Shown in pieces: positions 10,435 to 20,740 of a stretch of 64,000 bases of DNA. The translations under genes and the position numbers were made by a program. Source of the DNA: Candidatus Anderseniibacteriota bacterium (GTDB lineage Bacteria; Patescibacteriota; Andersenbacteria; UBA10190); contig JACPWO010000001.1 of the NCBI GenBank assembly GCA_016197005.1, positions 87,266 through 151,265 on the forward strand. Direction: 5' to 3'. The stretch's first letter is position 1; each line of letters begins with the position of its first letter. The notes beneath the pieces were generated by a model. That model made no database searches and had not been told where the DNA came from. It was given only the letters and a program-made list of their open reading frames with translations.

Positions 10435-11798
10435 CAAATTCTCTTAAAAATAAGCGCGTGACCGTGATGGGTCTCGGCCTTCATGGCGGAGCGTTGGGAA
10501 CTATTTCATGGCTGGTGAAGCAAGGAGCAAAAGTGACCGTGACGGATATGAAAAGTGAAGAACAACTTGCCTCATCGCTAAAACAACTTGGAAAACTTAA
10601 GAATATAAATTTTGTTTTAGGTCAGCACCGCACCGAGAATTTCACCAATACGGATTTAGTTATTCGCAATCCTGCGGTACCAAAAAATTCTCCCCACCTG
10701 CAAGCTGCTCGGAAAGCTGGCGTGGCAATCGAAATGGATAGCAGTTTATTTTTCTTATATTCACCAACGACAGATATTATTGGTGTTACTGGTTCCAAAG
10801 GTAAAACTACTGCTTCGCATGCCATCGCTCATATATTAGGAGCAACAAGGGTGGGGACGGATGGTGTATCTCCGCTCGGTGAGGTAGCAAAACTAAAGGA
10901 AAACTCAACGGTGGTATTCGAACTTTCTAGCTGGCGCCTGGAAGCACTTACGTCGCACAAGATAAGTCCGCCAGTAGCGGTGGTGACATCAATATATCGT
11001 GAACATTTAAATACGTATACGGATTTACCAGAGTACATTGCGGCCAAAAAGGGAATTATTCGTTACCAGAAAGCGGAGGATACCGCCATCCTTAACTATG
11101 ATGATGCAGAACTGCGAACATGGGAGTCAGAAGTACAAGGAACATTGTATTGGTTTTCCCTCAAGGAATTGCCGTCAGGAAAAGAGGGGATCTACCGGCA
11201 AGATGGACAAGCAGTTGTGCGGATAAAAGATAAAGAAATTTCTATTCCCTTACATACGCTCGCACTGCAGGCTGATCACGAGCAACGGAATGTTTTGCCA
11301 GCTATTTTAATTGCGTGCCAGCGAGGAGTAAGTTCAGAAAAAATTACGGCAGCCCTTACTAGCCTTCCACGACTTTCTCATCGCCTGGAAATAATTCGAG
11401 AACTTAACGGTGTTACCTATATCAATGACTCGGCTTCAACCATGCCTGATGCAACCATTGCGGCTCTCCAGAGTCTTGCCGGAAAATCACTCGTCCTCAT
11501 TCTCGGTGGTAGTGACAAGAAACTGGAATTCAAAGAATTAGGAACAGCGGTGGATGCAGCCGATGTTCGCGCTATTGTTTGGTTGCCTGGCTCCGCAACT
11601 GCTCGTATGAAAAGTGAGACACAAAAGGAAGTACCACAAACTGGAGCTGAAACTATGACTGAGGCGGTTACACAAGCAGCGACAATAGCACAAAGCGGTG
11701 ACACCGTTCTTTTGTCTCCGGGTGCAACAAGCTTTGGCCTCTTTAAGCACGAATTTGATCGCGGCGATCAATTTCGGCAAACCGTTAGCACTCTCTAA
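10431..11798 (+). CDS. murD: UDP-MurNAc-L-Ala D-Glu ligase
   Basis: GVTGSKGKTT, ELSS, NDSAST and LLSPG...FDRG motifs. Confidence 0.93.
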   Translation: MTNSLKNKRVTVMGLGLHGGALGTISWLVKQGAKVTVTDMKSEEQLASSLKQLGKLKNINFVLGQHRTENFTNTDLVIRNPAVPKNSPHLQAARKAGVAIEMDSSLFFLYSPTTDIIGVTGSKGKTTASHAIAHILGATRVGTDGVSPLGEVAKLKENSTVVFELSSWRLEALTSHKISPPVAVVTSIYREHLNTYTDLPEYIAAKKGIIRYQKAEDTAILNYDDAELRTWESEVQGTLYWFSLKELPSGKEGIYRQDGQAVVRIKDKEISIPLHTLALQADHEQRNVLPAILIACQRGVSSEKITAALTSLPRLSHRLEIIRELNGVTYINDSASTMPDATIAALQSLAGKSLVLILGGSDKKLEFKELGTAVDAADVRAIVWLPGSATARMKSETQKEVPQTGAETMTEAVTQAATIAQSGDTVLLSPGATSFGLFKHEFDRGDQFRQTVSTL

Positions 11799-11842
11799 CG
11801 GAGTTGGCGGAAAGATGAGGCCAATACGGTATACTGCGTAGC

Positions 11843-12949
11843 ATGTCCAGAACGCCAGATCTTATCCTTCTTTTTAGTATTTTAGGTCTCACCATTTTTG
11901 GCATGGTGATGGTGGGAAGTGCGTCGACCGTTCAGGCCGAGCAACTAACTGGGGACCCGTTCTTTTTCTTAAAACATCAGCTTCTGTACGGTGGAACCGT
12001 TGGCTTCGCTCTCTTTGTAACGGCCTTCATTGTGCCATATCGTTTCTGGCAAAAGTTGGCGCTGCCAGCCTTAGTCGGTGCTCTCATCTTACTTGCTCTG
12101 GTGTTTATTCCTGGACTTCAAGTGGAGTCCGGCGGCGCAGCGCGTTGGATTGGATTTGGTCCGGTCACTATCCAACCGAGCGAAATAGCGAAATTGGCTT
12201 TTATTTTATACTTAGCAGCTCTGCTTGAGCGAAAAGGGGAAGATATACGGGATTTTAGAAAAAGCGTGATGCCGTTTCTCATGATCACGGCTGCTATTTC
12301 TTTTTTGATTATTCTGCAACCAGATATAGGAACTTTGTTTGCTATTACTGCCATCGCGGCGGCTATGGTATTCGCAGCTGGGTTTCGCCTACGCCATCTT
12401 GCCCTCATTGGTGGTCTGGGGGTAGCAGCTTTTGCATTACTCGTAAGCACCGCAAGTTACCGTTTATCTCGTATCTTCGTCTATTTGCATCCTGAGCTTG
12501 ATCCACAGGGTATTGGCTACCAAATTAATCAAGCTCTCTTGGCAGTAGGTAGTGGTGGAGTATTCGGACTTGGATTTGGACGCAGCCGCCAAAAATATTT
12601 ATTTCTACCGGAACCGGCTAGCGATAGTATTTTTGCAGTCGCAGCAGAAGAGCTGGGATTGGTTCGGACAATTGGCATTCTCATTGTTTTTGCAGTGATT
12701 GGTATTCGTGGCTATCGTATCGCCGCCTTAGCTCCAGATATGTTTGGTCGTCTCTTAGCGGTCGGAATTACCTCATGGATTGTGATGCAAGCATTTGTAA
12801 ACATAGGAGCAATTCTGGCGATTATTCCACTTACTGGTATTCCACTGCCGTTTATTAGTTACGGCGGATCCGCTCTCGCAACACTATTATTTGCATCGGG
12901 CATTCTTCTTAATATCTCAAAACACACCCAACCGCTCACGAGTCGATAG
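11843..12949 (+). CDS. ftsW: SEDS peptidoglycan glycosyltransferase FtsW
   Basis: QPSEIAK, QPD, LPEPASD and PLTGIPLPFISYGGS motifs. Confidence 0.93.
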   Translation: MSRTPDLILLFSILGLTIFGMVMVGSASTVQAEQLTGDPFFFLKHQLLYGGTVGFALFVTAFIVPYRFWQKLALPALVGALILLALVFIPGLQVESGGAARWIGFGPVTIQPSEIAKLAFILYLAALLERKGEDIRDFRKSVMPFLMITAAISFLIILQPDIGTLFAITAIAAAMVFAAGFRLRHLALIGGLGVAAFALLVSTASYRLSRIFVYLHPELDPQGIGYQINQALLAVGSGGVFGLGFGRSRQKYLFLPEPASDSIFAVAAEELGLVRTIGILIVFAVIGIRGYRIAALAPDMFGRLLAVGITSWIVMQAFVNIGAILAIIPLTGIPLPFISYGGSALATLLFASGILLNISKHTQPLTSR

Positions 12950-12995
12950 GATCTTAATAGTTACAAGTGCCCCGTTACTGGGTACTATATAGCTC

Positions 12996-14174
12996 ATGCG
13001 AATTGTACTCACAGGTGGTGGTACCGGCGGTCATATTATTCCCTTCGAACCGATAGTCGAAGCTCTGCGTACGCAATTTATGGAGCGAGGCAAGTCTCTG
13101 CCCAAGTGGCTTGACCCAGAGACATTGGAGCTTGTCTTCGTTGGGGTCGTTACGCCTGAAGTCTCCGATCTTTTCTCTCGTTACTCCGTCCCAGTACGAA
13201 ATGTTCCGTCAGGGAAACTACGCCGGTACGCTTCTGGTCAGAATATTATTGATATTCTTTTTCGCGTACCGATCGGCATTCTGCGCGCCCTCATTGTCAT
13301 ATGGCAACTCATGCCGGATGTCATCATTAGTAAGGGCGGATACGGTAGCTTGCCAATAGTACTCGCAGCGATGGTCTACCGCATTCCTGTACTTGTGCAC
13401 GAATCTGATGTCGTACCGGGAGCGGCAAATTCATTATTGTTTCGTTTTGCCGCTGCAATAACAGTTGGATATGCACATACTCTTCAATCAATGAGCCGGT
13501 GGGTGAAGAAAAGTTACCTAACCGGTACTCCTGCTCGCAGCCAGCTCCGTAATCTTTCGGCAACCGATGGCAAACGAGCCTTTGGTATTCCCGAAAATGA
13601 ATTTGTTTTATTGGTATTCGGTGGCAGCCAGGGCGCGCAACAATTAAATGAAGCCTTACTAAAAATTCTTCCTCGTCTCATCCCAGACGTCGCCATCATT
13701 CACGTTACTGGGGAAGAACACTTTAACTCCGTTTCAACTGTTGCCAAAGAAATACTTGGACATAGCCCTCGCCAAGATCTTTATCAGGTTCATGGATATC
13801 TTAAGAACAACATGCTGTTGGCCCTGGCCGCTGCTGATGCCATCGTTAGTCGCGCGGGAGCTACTACTCTCAGTGAATTAGCTGCTGCTCGAAAGCCAGC
13901 CCTGCTGATTCCGCTAGCTAACGCCGCGCAAGATCACCAACGTAAGAACGCCCAACTGTTTGAGGCCGCTGGCGCGGCATTAGTACTTGATCCAACGAAC
14001 ATGGGCATGAACTTGTTTGAGCAAAATATTCGTCGCCTTATTTCTCACGACCAACTACGACAAACCCTCATTAAAAACTTAGCTCAACTTGACGCACCCG
14101 AGGCAGCCCGTAAGATTGCCGGGATGGCATTTAACTTAGCGCAGGGACTGCGACCAAGCGCCGGAAAAAAGTGA
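12996..14174 (+). CDS. murG: Lipid I GlcNAc transferase
   Basis: GGGTGGH, KGGY, HESD, GGSQGA, SRAGA and HQ motifs. Confidence 0.95.
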   Translation: MRIVLTGGGTGGHIIPFEPIVEALRTQFMERGKSLPKWLDPETLELVFVGVVTPEVSDLFSRYSVPVRNVPSGKLRRYASGQNIIDILFRVPIGILRALIVIWQLMPDVIISKGGYGSLPIVLAAMVYRIPVLVHESDVVPGAANSLLFRFAAAITVGYAHTLQSMSRWVKKSYLTGTPARSQLRNLSATDGKRAFGIPENEFVLLVFGGSQGAQQLNEALLKILPRLIPDVAIIHVTGEEHFNSVSTVAKEILGHSPRQDLYQVHGYLKNNMLLALAAADAIVSRAGATTLSELAAARKPALLIPLANAAQDHQRKNAQLFEAAGAALVLDPTNMGMNLFEQNIRRLISHDQLRQTLIKNLAQLDAPEAARKIAGMAFNLAQGLRPSAGKK

Positions 14175-15454
14175 ATCTCGCAAGTTCCAAGGTAGTATTT
14201 CTGCACGGCATTGCTGGTACTGGCATGCGCGGGTTGGCGTGGCTGTTATCCGAAAGTGAGAAAGAAATTCGCGGGACAGACGCAACTCCTTCTGCCCTTA
14301 CTGATGTGCCTATAGAATTTACTGTGACGACTGAAGACAAAGCTCCGTCTCTTCTTCTCGGAGTAGATGTATATATTTATTCTGATGCTGTTCTTCCAAC
14401 TCATCCCTTGCGCCAGCTGGCTGAGAAACAAGGAATTTTGTCGTTGTCGTACCAAAAAGCGTTAGGTGAACTGACGAGCGCCTACCGACTTATTGCGGTC
14501 ACCGGCACACACGGTAAATCTTCTACGACGGCATTTTTAGCACATATCTTGCGTGTCACCGGACATGATCCATCCGCTTTGGTCGGAGCGGGTATACCGG
14601 CTTGGCCAGGGAAGCACGCCCTCAGTGGAACGAGTGATGTATTTGTTGCCGAGGCTGATGAATACCGGAATCACTTTCACGAACTTACTCCGGCAGCAGC
14701 TATTATTACCGCTATTGAGTATGATCATCCGGACTTTTTTACGTCAGAAGAAGATATGTGGAAGTCGTACCAGACCTTTATTAACCTTTTGCCGTCAGAT
14801 GGGTTTCTTATTATTCCCAGCACTCTTCGCCGTCTGCCCCTGAGCTGGCCGGACATTACATTAGAAGTAGAAATAGATCACGATTTACCGGATGCACCCA
14901 TTCCCGGAAAACACATGCAGGCTAACGCTAAACTTGCTATATCTGCAGCGAAACAGTTGGGAGTAGATGAAAGACAATCGCAGGCGGCTCTCAAAACATT
15001 CACCGGCCTTAGCCGTCGCTTTGAAACAGTAGGCAAACTTGGTGACATGACCGTCATTTCAGACTACGGCCATCACCCTACAGAAATTGCAGCTACACTC
15101 ACCGCTGTTCGGGAAAGGTTCCCCGACAAAAAGGTGGTTGCTGTTTTTGAAGCTCATATGGCCGAGCGGATGCAAGCCTTTAACCATGAATTTGCGAAAG
15201 CACTCAGCATCGCTGATGCCGTCATTATCTACCCACCCTATTTACCCGCTGGACGAGAAGGAAGCGCCGCCAATGTACTCCGTGATCAACTCGTCGAGGC
15301 AATACAACAACACAAAACCCCAGTAACAGTGCTGCACCATGCAAAAGAATTGTTTAGTGCTTTAGACCGCTATAAAGACACATACGATATTGCGATCGCT
15401 TGCACGGCCGGGCGTCTCGATGCTGACCTAAGGACAGTTGTTTTGCCCCGCTAA
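14171..15454 (+). CDS. murC: UDP-MurNAc L-Ala ligase
   Basis: GIAGTGM, GTHGKSST, EADE, DH and DYGHHPTE motifs. Confidence 0.92.
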   Translation: MNLASSKVVFLHGIAGTGMRGLAWLLSESEKEIRGTDATPSALTDVPIEFTVTTEDKAPSLLLGVDVYIYSDAVLPTHPLRQLAEKQGILSLSYQKALGELTSAYRLIAVTGTHGKSSTTAFLAHILRVTGHDPSALVGAGIPAWPGKHALSGTSDVFVAEADEYRNHFHELTPAAAIITAIEYDHPDFFTSEEDMWKSYQTFINLLPSDGFLIIPSTLRRLPLSWPDITLEVEIDHDLPDAPIPGKHMQANAKLAISAAKQLGVDERQSQAALKTFTGLSRRFETVGKLGDMTVISDYGHHPTEIAATLTAVRERFPDKKVVAVFEAHMAERMQAFNHEFAKALSIADAVIIYPPYLPAGREGSAANVLRDQLVEAIQQHKTPVTVLHHAKELFSALDRYKDTYDIAIACTAGRLDADLRTVVLPR

Positions 15455-15557
15455 TTCCGCCAAAACAATCTGACAAGCACGGGCTGGACATTTTTTATGA
15501 TCCAGCGTATATTCGGCTGTTCGCCTTGACCCTTCTGGTTGCTCAGGGTAAACAAAA

Positions 15558-15586
15558 TTGACAATCTTTTACATATGTGCTACTAA
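15558..15586 (+). promoter_or_regulatory. Putative sigma70 promoter
   Basis: TTGACA-17 nt-TACTAA with an extended -10 TG, 7 nt before the ATG at 15594; the -10 is imperfect. Confidence 0.45.
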
Positions 15587-15593
15587 AGAGTTT

Positions 15594-16637
15594 ATGAATC
15601 AAGTGACCTCCGTAAAACCTAATCTTCTAGAAATCCGTCGTACGATGCTGGAAGTGCTCGATACCCGTTCTAAGGACGTTATTACGCGTCGTTTTGGCTT
15701 GAAAAATGAGCAGAAAGAAACGCTCGAAAAAATTGGTAAAGAATACGGCATTACTCGAGAGCGTGTTCGTCAAATTGAAGCCAATGCCAAGAAGACTTTG
15801 GCTGGCCTCGAAAATACTTGGAAACCAGCGTACGAATCTCTTCTTGAAATCTTCCGACAATACGGCGGAGTAATGGCTGAGGAACATATTATCAAGGCCG
15901 TACAGACTCGTCTTGATGAAAATATTTCTGGCAATACGATCGTATTTTTCCTGGTTCTCTTACCTGGATTTATTGAAGCAGCTCCAAGTAAAGTATTTGG
16001 TCCACATTGGCGCCATGAGTCTGCGCTCCATCCTCACATCGAAGCAGCAGTACTTGAGGCTTCCACTATTCTCAAAAAGAAAGGTCATCCAATTCCTGGT
16101 AGTGAGCTTCTGTCTGAAATTCGCTCGTCTCTTAATCTTTCTGCACAAGAACTCTCTGACGATGCTGCTCAAGCTGCACTGACTGCTAGCATCAGCATTC
16201 GACCAACTGTCTTTGGACAATGGGGCTTAAGCACCTGGGCTGAAACAAATCCTCGTGGTGTAGCTGACAAGGCTTACACCGTACTGCGTCGTAACAGCAA
16301 ACCATCCCATTTTCGCGATATTACCAAGCTTATTAACGAAGCTCGTTTTGATCAGAAAACAGCTAACGCTCAAACTGTGCATAATGAACTCATTAAAGAT
16401 GGTCGCTTTGTTTTAGTCGGACGCGGCCTCTACGGCCTTAAAGAATGGGGATATATGAGTGGTACAGTCGCTGACGTACTTGAAGCAATCCTCAAAAAGA
16501 CGAGCCAACCCCTGACAAGTGATGAACTGGTAAACAAAGTTCTAGAACAGCGCATTGTCAAAAAGAACACAATTCTCTTAAGTCTCCAAAACGGGAAACG
16601 ATTCCAAAAAACACCAAGCGGATACACGCTTGCGTAA
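15594..16637 (+). CDS. Sigma-70 region 4 domain fused to HARE-HTH (RNAP delta-like) domains
   Basis: RRFGL...TLEKIGKEYGITRERVRQIE at the N-terminus and FVLVGRGLYGLKEWG winged helix; no sigma region 2. Confidence 0.75.
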   Translation: MNQVTSVKPNLLEIRRTMLEVLDTRSKDVITRRFGLKNEQKETLEKIGKEYGITRERVRQIEANAKKTLAGLENTWKPAYESLLEIFRQYGGVMAEEHIIKAVQTRLDENISGNTIVFFLVLLPGFIEAAPSKVFGPHWRHESALHPHIEAAVLEASTILKKKGHPIPGSELLSEIRSSLNLSAQELSDDAAQAALTASISIRPTVFGQWGLSTWAETNPRGVADKAYTVLRRNSKPSHFRDITKLINEARFDQKTANAQTVHNELIKDGRFVLVGRGLYGLKEWGYMSGTVADVLEAILKKTSQPLTSDELVNKVLEQRIVKKNTILLSLQNGKRFQKTPSGYTLA

Positions 16638-16657
16638 GACTGAGATACAATACAACT

Positions 16658-17968
16658 ATGGTGCAAGCACTCGCCCCCTTACAAGCGGGGCAAGCGTCAT
16701 TAAGCTTCGTATCCTTTTTTGAAACATTTGGTCCAGCGTTTTTAGCACTGGGCTGGTTTATAGTGCTCTGGATGCTCATGTGGCTGGCTTGGAATGTATA
16801 TTTACTCCTGCGGCGTATTGATTATTCCAGTGCTATTCAGTGGACGTTCTTGGAAGTAAAGATTCCACCAGATAGCGAAGAGACACCAAAATCGATGGAG
16901 CTGTTTTTTGAGATCATAGCTGGTATGCACAAAACGCCAGATAAAACAGAACTTTATTTTGACGGAATGATGGAGCCCTGGATTTCCTGTGAGATTCAGT
17001 GCACGCAAGGGAAGGTACGTTATTTCTTAGTCATTCAGACACCGTACCGACAATTCATTGAAGGAGTACTCTATGGTCAATTTCCACGAGCGGAGATAAC
17101 TGAGGCGGAAGATTATACGCTGAAATATAATTGGAAAGAAATTCGCAAAAAATTTGATTTGTTTGGCACTGAGGTAGTGATGACCGGTGAAGAGTTTTAT
17201 CCCATTCGCACCTATCTAGAATACGAAACGAAATTAGCAGAGGAAGATAAATACATCGATCCACACCAAGGTATTGTGGAAACGTTTACCGCGATAAACC
17301 CTGGAGAAGAATTTTGGTTGCAGATTATTGTCCGTCCAATTGATGCCGGCACGATTAAAAAATGGGCAGAAAAAGGACAACATGAGATTGCCCTTATTTC
17401 CGGACAAGCTAAGAAGGAAGGTCCAGGAATACTGGCAAGTTTAGGCGACTTTTTTGTAAGCTTGCCGGGTGCCCTTATCAGTGCATTTATGACTGGACCA
17501 ACTGAAGCGAGCAGCAAAGATGAATACCAGCTACGTTTCTTTAACCCGACTGATGAAGCGAAAATGAAGGGTATTCTGCAAAAAGTCTCCAAAGCTGGAT
17601 TTAAGACGAAGATACGAGTGCTTCATATTGCTCCGGCTGGGCAACTCCAGAAGCCAAACATTGGTCGCGCCTTTGGTGCATTTAAGCAATTTAACACCTT
17701 CCATTTGAACAGTTTGAAGCCAGACTCAGCTACTAAATCTAACGGCCCCAACTACATCGCCCGTGATAGTCGCCGTGCGCTCCGGGAACGAAAAATCTTC
17801 TTGCAGTATCAGTGGCGCGAGATATGGTATGGCGATGGCAAAATGTTTAATGCGGAGGAACTGGCTACGCTGTATCATTTCCCATCAAAGTACGTGAAAA
17901 CTCCTGGCCTTGCTCGATCTAAATCTGGCCTCCAAGCGCCGCCTGATAATTTACCGTTGGCCGGCTAA
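16658..17968 (+). CDS. Membrane-anchored hypothetical protein partnering the downstream VirD4-like ATPase
   Basis: N-terminal TM; LEVKIP, EAEDY and EELATLYHFP motifs as seen in CPR ATPase-associated proteins. Confidence 0.6.
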   Translation: MVQALAPLQAGQASLSFVSFFETFGPAFLALGWFIVLWMLMWLAWNVYLLLRRIDYSSAIQWTFLEVKIPPDSEETPKSMELFFEIIAGMHKTPDKTELYFDGMMEPWISCEIQCTQGKVRYFLVIQTPYRQFIEGVLYGQFPRAEITEAEDYTLKYNWKEIRKKFDLFGTEVVMTGEEFYPIRTYLEYETKLAEEDKYIDPHQGIVETFTAINPGEEFWLQIIVRPIDAGTIKKWAEKGQHEIALISGQAKKEGPGILASLGDFFVSLPGALISAFMTGPTEASSKDEYQLRFFNPTDEAKMKGILQKVSKAGFKTKIRVLHIAPAGQLQKPNIGRAFGAFKQFNTFHLNSLKPDSATKSNGPNYIARDSRRALRERKIFLQYQWREIWYGDGKMFNAEELATLYHFPSKYVKTPGLARSKSGLQAPPDNLPLAG

Positions 17969-17974
17969 TATTCT

Positions 17975-19720
17975 ATGGAAAAGATTACTGTTGTTGGACA
18001 AACAAATTTCCGCGGACAGCACCGTCCGTTCGGTATCTATGAGGACGATCGTCGTCGACACTTATATATCATCGGAAAAACTGGTGTCGGCAAAACTACG
18101 CTTATTGAAAACATGATTTTGCAGGACGTAGCGAACGGCAAAGGCGTTGCCCTCGTTGACCCACACGGAGACGTGGCTGAGCGTGTCCTTGAATCCATTC
18201 CACCAGAGCGCATCAATGACGTTATTTACTTTGATCCCGCTGACGTTGAACATCCCATTGCTTTTAACGTTCTGGAAGCAGTTGACCCACAGTACAAATA
18301 CCTAATCGCGTCAGGGCTCGTCAGCTCGCTTAAGAAAATATGGGCAGATTCATGGGGACCTCGGCTAGAGTACATTCTGCGTAATACAATTTTGGCACTC
18401 CTTGATTATCCTGGCAGCACGATGCTCGGGATCATGCGCCTGCTTGCGGATAAAGAGTACCGCAAGAAAGTAGTCGAGAAGATTCAGGATCCGGTAGTAA
18501 AGTCTTTTTGGATTAATGAGTTTGCCAATTACAACGAACGGTTCCGCTCTGAAGCTATTTCCCCAATTCAGAACAAGGTTGGACAGTTCTTGTCATCAGC
18601 CATCATTCGTAATATTGTGGCCCAGCCTAAAAGCACAATTGATATGAATGCGGTTATGAATGAAGGCAAGATTTTACTCATGAACGTTTCAAAAGGACGC
18701 ATCGGCGAGGATAACTCAGCTCTCCTAGGGGCTATGCTTATTACCAAGCTCCAACTAGCCGCCATGGACCGCGCTAAGATGCCAGAAGAAGAGCGTCGGG
18801 ATTTTTACCTCTACGTCGATGAGTTTCAAAACTTTGCAACTGAATCGTTTGCTACCATTTTGTCTGAAGCTCGTAAGTATCGCCTCAATCTCATCATTGC
18901 CCATCAGTACATTACACAGATGGAGGAAGAAGTGCGCGACGCCGTCTTCGGAAACGTCGGCACCCTTATCTGTTTCCGGATTGGTGCGTTTGACGCTGAG
19001 TTTCTGGAAGCGGAATTTGCTCCCGAATTTACTCCGGCCGATCTCGTAAACCTGGATAAATATAATGCGTACATAAAACTCATGATTAACGGCGTGACCA
19101 GCCCACCTTTTTCGATGCAAACAATTCCGCCTTCCAGTGAAACGTTTAACAGTCGTGAGAAGGTTATTAAAGTATCTCGAGAACGATATACCAACCCGCG
19201 TTCAGTGGTCGAGGAAAAAATTGCTCGCTGGAGTGGCCTAGCCTTCGAGGAAGAAGGGAAAGCGGCAGGACGAGACACGTACGAACGCCCACGCGAACAA
19301 CAGCGTCGCCGGCAAGAGCCACCAAGACAGGTACAAGTTAATGAAGCAAAGCTTGAAGACATTGTTATAAAGCCAAAAGAAGAAATTACTGACTTAGCAG
19401 CGCTCCTGCGTGGACCCCAAAACGAATCTCGTCCGCAGAACCCGCAGGGTGGGGAGAGAAAAAAGAGGCAAACCAAGTCGTATCCAGCCGTTTGTTCTGA
19501 CTGTAAAAAGAATACCGATGTACCTTTTAAACCAGATCCTGAGAAACCAGTATATTGCAAAGAATGTTTTGAGAAACGGAAAGCAGCGGGCACTCTTCCC
19601 CGCAAAGAAGAGAAAAAACCAGAGAATGTGCGTCAGAGTACACTCCAAAAACCTATTTCTCCTCCATCTCGCCCAGCGAGCGCCTTTACCGGACCCCCGC
19701 CACCCCCGCTGCCACAATAG
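17975..19720 (+). CDS. VirD4/TraG/HerA-like coupling ATPase with C-terminal CxxC-x17-CxxC zinc domain
   Basis: Walker A GKTGVGKT, DPHGD, Walker B LYVDEFQNF, SEARKY and CSDC...CKEC. Confidence 0.85.
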   Translation: MEKITVVGQTNFRGQHRPFGIYEDDRRRHLYIIGKTGVGKTTLIENMILQDVANGKGVALVDPHGDVAERVLESIPPERINDVIYFDPADVEHPIAFNVLEAVDPQYKYLIASGLVSSLKKIWADSWGPRLEYILRNTILALLDYPGSTMLGIMRLLADKEYRKKVVEKIQDPVVKSFWINEFANYNERFRSEAISPIQNKVGQFLSSAIIRNIVAQPKSTIDMNAVMNEGKILLMNVSKGRIGEDNSALLGAMLITKLQLAAMDRAKMPEEERRDFYLYVDEFQNFATESFATILSEARKYRLNLIIAHQYITQMEEEVRDAVFGNVGTLICFRIGAFDAEFLEAEFAPEFTPADLVNLDKYNAYIKLMINGVTSPPFSMQTIPPSSETFNSREKVIKVSRERYTNPRSVVEEKIARWSGLAFEEEGKAAGRDTYERPREQQRRRQEPPRQVQVNEAKLEDIVIKPKEEITDLAALLRGPQNESRPQNPQGGERKKRQTKSYPAVCSDCKKNTDVPFKPDPEKPVYCKECFEKRKAAGTLPRKEEKKPENVRQSTLQKPISPPSRPASAFTGPPPPPLPQ

Positions 19721-19751
19721 GATTGTGGTATACTATTTTTGAAATTCCTTC

Positions 19752-20441
19752 ATGCGTTACGATATTACAGAAACGCGGCGTGTGCCGCTGGATCAACCTT
19801 TCGATTTTGAGGAAGACGCTAATTGGCGTGTCTTCCGGATCATGGCGGAATTTGTTGATGGCTTCGAGTTTCTCTATCCACTTCGTCGGGAAGTAACATT
19901 TTTTGGTTCGGCTCGTTTTCCTGAACATCACAAGTGGTATAAAGAAGCGCGTATTCTCGGCCGCATGCTCGCTGAGCACGGCTTCACCGTTATTACTGGT
20001 GGAGGCCCAGGGATTATGGAGGCAGGTAATAGGGGAGCGTATGAAGGTGGAGGACATTCCATTGGACTAGATATTGAATTACCCAATGAACAGCGTCGGA
20101 ATGCGTACGTAAAAAAAGGTATTGGCTTCCACTATTTTTTTATTCGCAAAGTAATGTTATCCGCGTCTGCTCAAGTGTATGTGTTTTTCCCCGGTGGATA
20201 CGGAACACTTGATGAGTTTTTTGAAATGATTACGCTCATTCAAACTAAAAAGATGGAGCCAGTACCAGTGGTGTGTGTTGGTAAAGAATACTGGGGTAAA
20301 TTAGATGCCTGGGTAAAAGAAGATTTAGTAGAAGCGTACGAGACGATTAATCCGGAGGATGTTTCACTGTATAAAATTGTGGATACGGCTGAGGAAGCCT
20401 TCGCGATTATTAAAGACTCCAAGGAACGAAAATACTTCTAA
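19752..20441 (+). CDS. LOG family (TIGR00730) nucleotide phosphoribohydrolase
   Basis: FGSAR, TGGGPGIMEA and PGGYGTLDE motifs. Confidence 0.92.
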   Translation: MRYDITETRRVPLDQPFDFEEDANWRVFRIMAEFVDGFEFLYPLRREVTFFGSARFPEHHKWYKEARILGRMLAEHGFTVITGGGPGIMEAGNRGAYEGGGHSIGLDIELPNEQRRNAYVKKGIGFHYFFIRKVMLSASAQVYVFFPGGYGTLDEFFEMITLIQTKKMEPVPVVCVGKEYWGKLDAWVKEDLVEAYETINPEDVSLYKIVDTAEEAFAIIKDSKERKYF

Positions 20442-20668
20442 CAAAAGAAAAACCGCACTTGGGAATGCGGTTGAAATAGATACGCCGAGGAGAGAGGGGG
20501 TCCTATCAGGAGCGTCCAAAGCGGTCTGATGCCTTCGTGCACCCAGGCAATAAAACTTTTTCGCCCAGAGTCGATAAGCAAGCGATATTGGTCCCAGTTA
20601 CCGTCAGATAGATTGATTGAATCAATTCCACTTGTTCCAACCTCCTGAGTAATAAGTAGCGCTTTCAT
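20438..20668 (-). CDS. Small orphan ORF (76 aa) with its own promoter and SD
   Basis: AAGGGAG SD before the ATG at 20668 and a promoter upstream; no recognisable domain. Confidence 0.4.
   Translation of the reverse strand: MKALLITQEVGTSGIDSINLSDGNWDQYRLLIDSGRKSFIAWVHEGIRPLWTLLIGPPLSSAYLFQPHSQVRFFFC
20443..20472 (-). terminator. Intrinsic terminator (minus strand, possibly bidirectional)
   Basis: AACCGCA/TGCGGTT stem followed by a T tract on the minus strand. Confidence 0.6.
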
Positions 20669-20711
20669 GTTCACTCCCTTTATCAATGTGCATTGAATTC
20701 TGCCCAGCGCT

Positions 20712-20740
20712 ATAGTACGAAAGAAGCACTATGAACGCAA
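20712..20740 (-). promoter_or_regulatory. Sigma70 promoter for the orphan ORF, overlapping the alaS start and promoter
   Basis: TTGCGT-17 nt-TACTAT on the minus strand. Confidence 0.5.

Noticed and set aside
18904-19605. 233-aa antisense ORF and other long shadow ORFs (e.g. 33890-34426, 39433-39978, 24048-24548)
   Set aside because: They overlap well-supported genes on the opposite strand and have no recognisable motifs.
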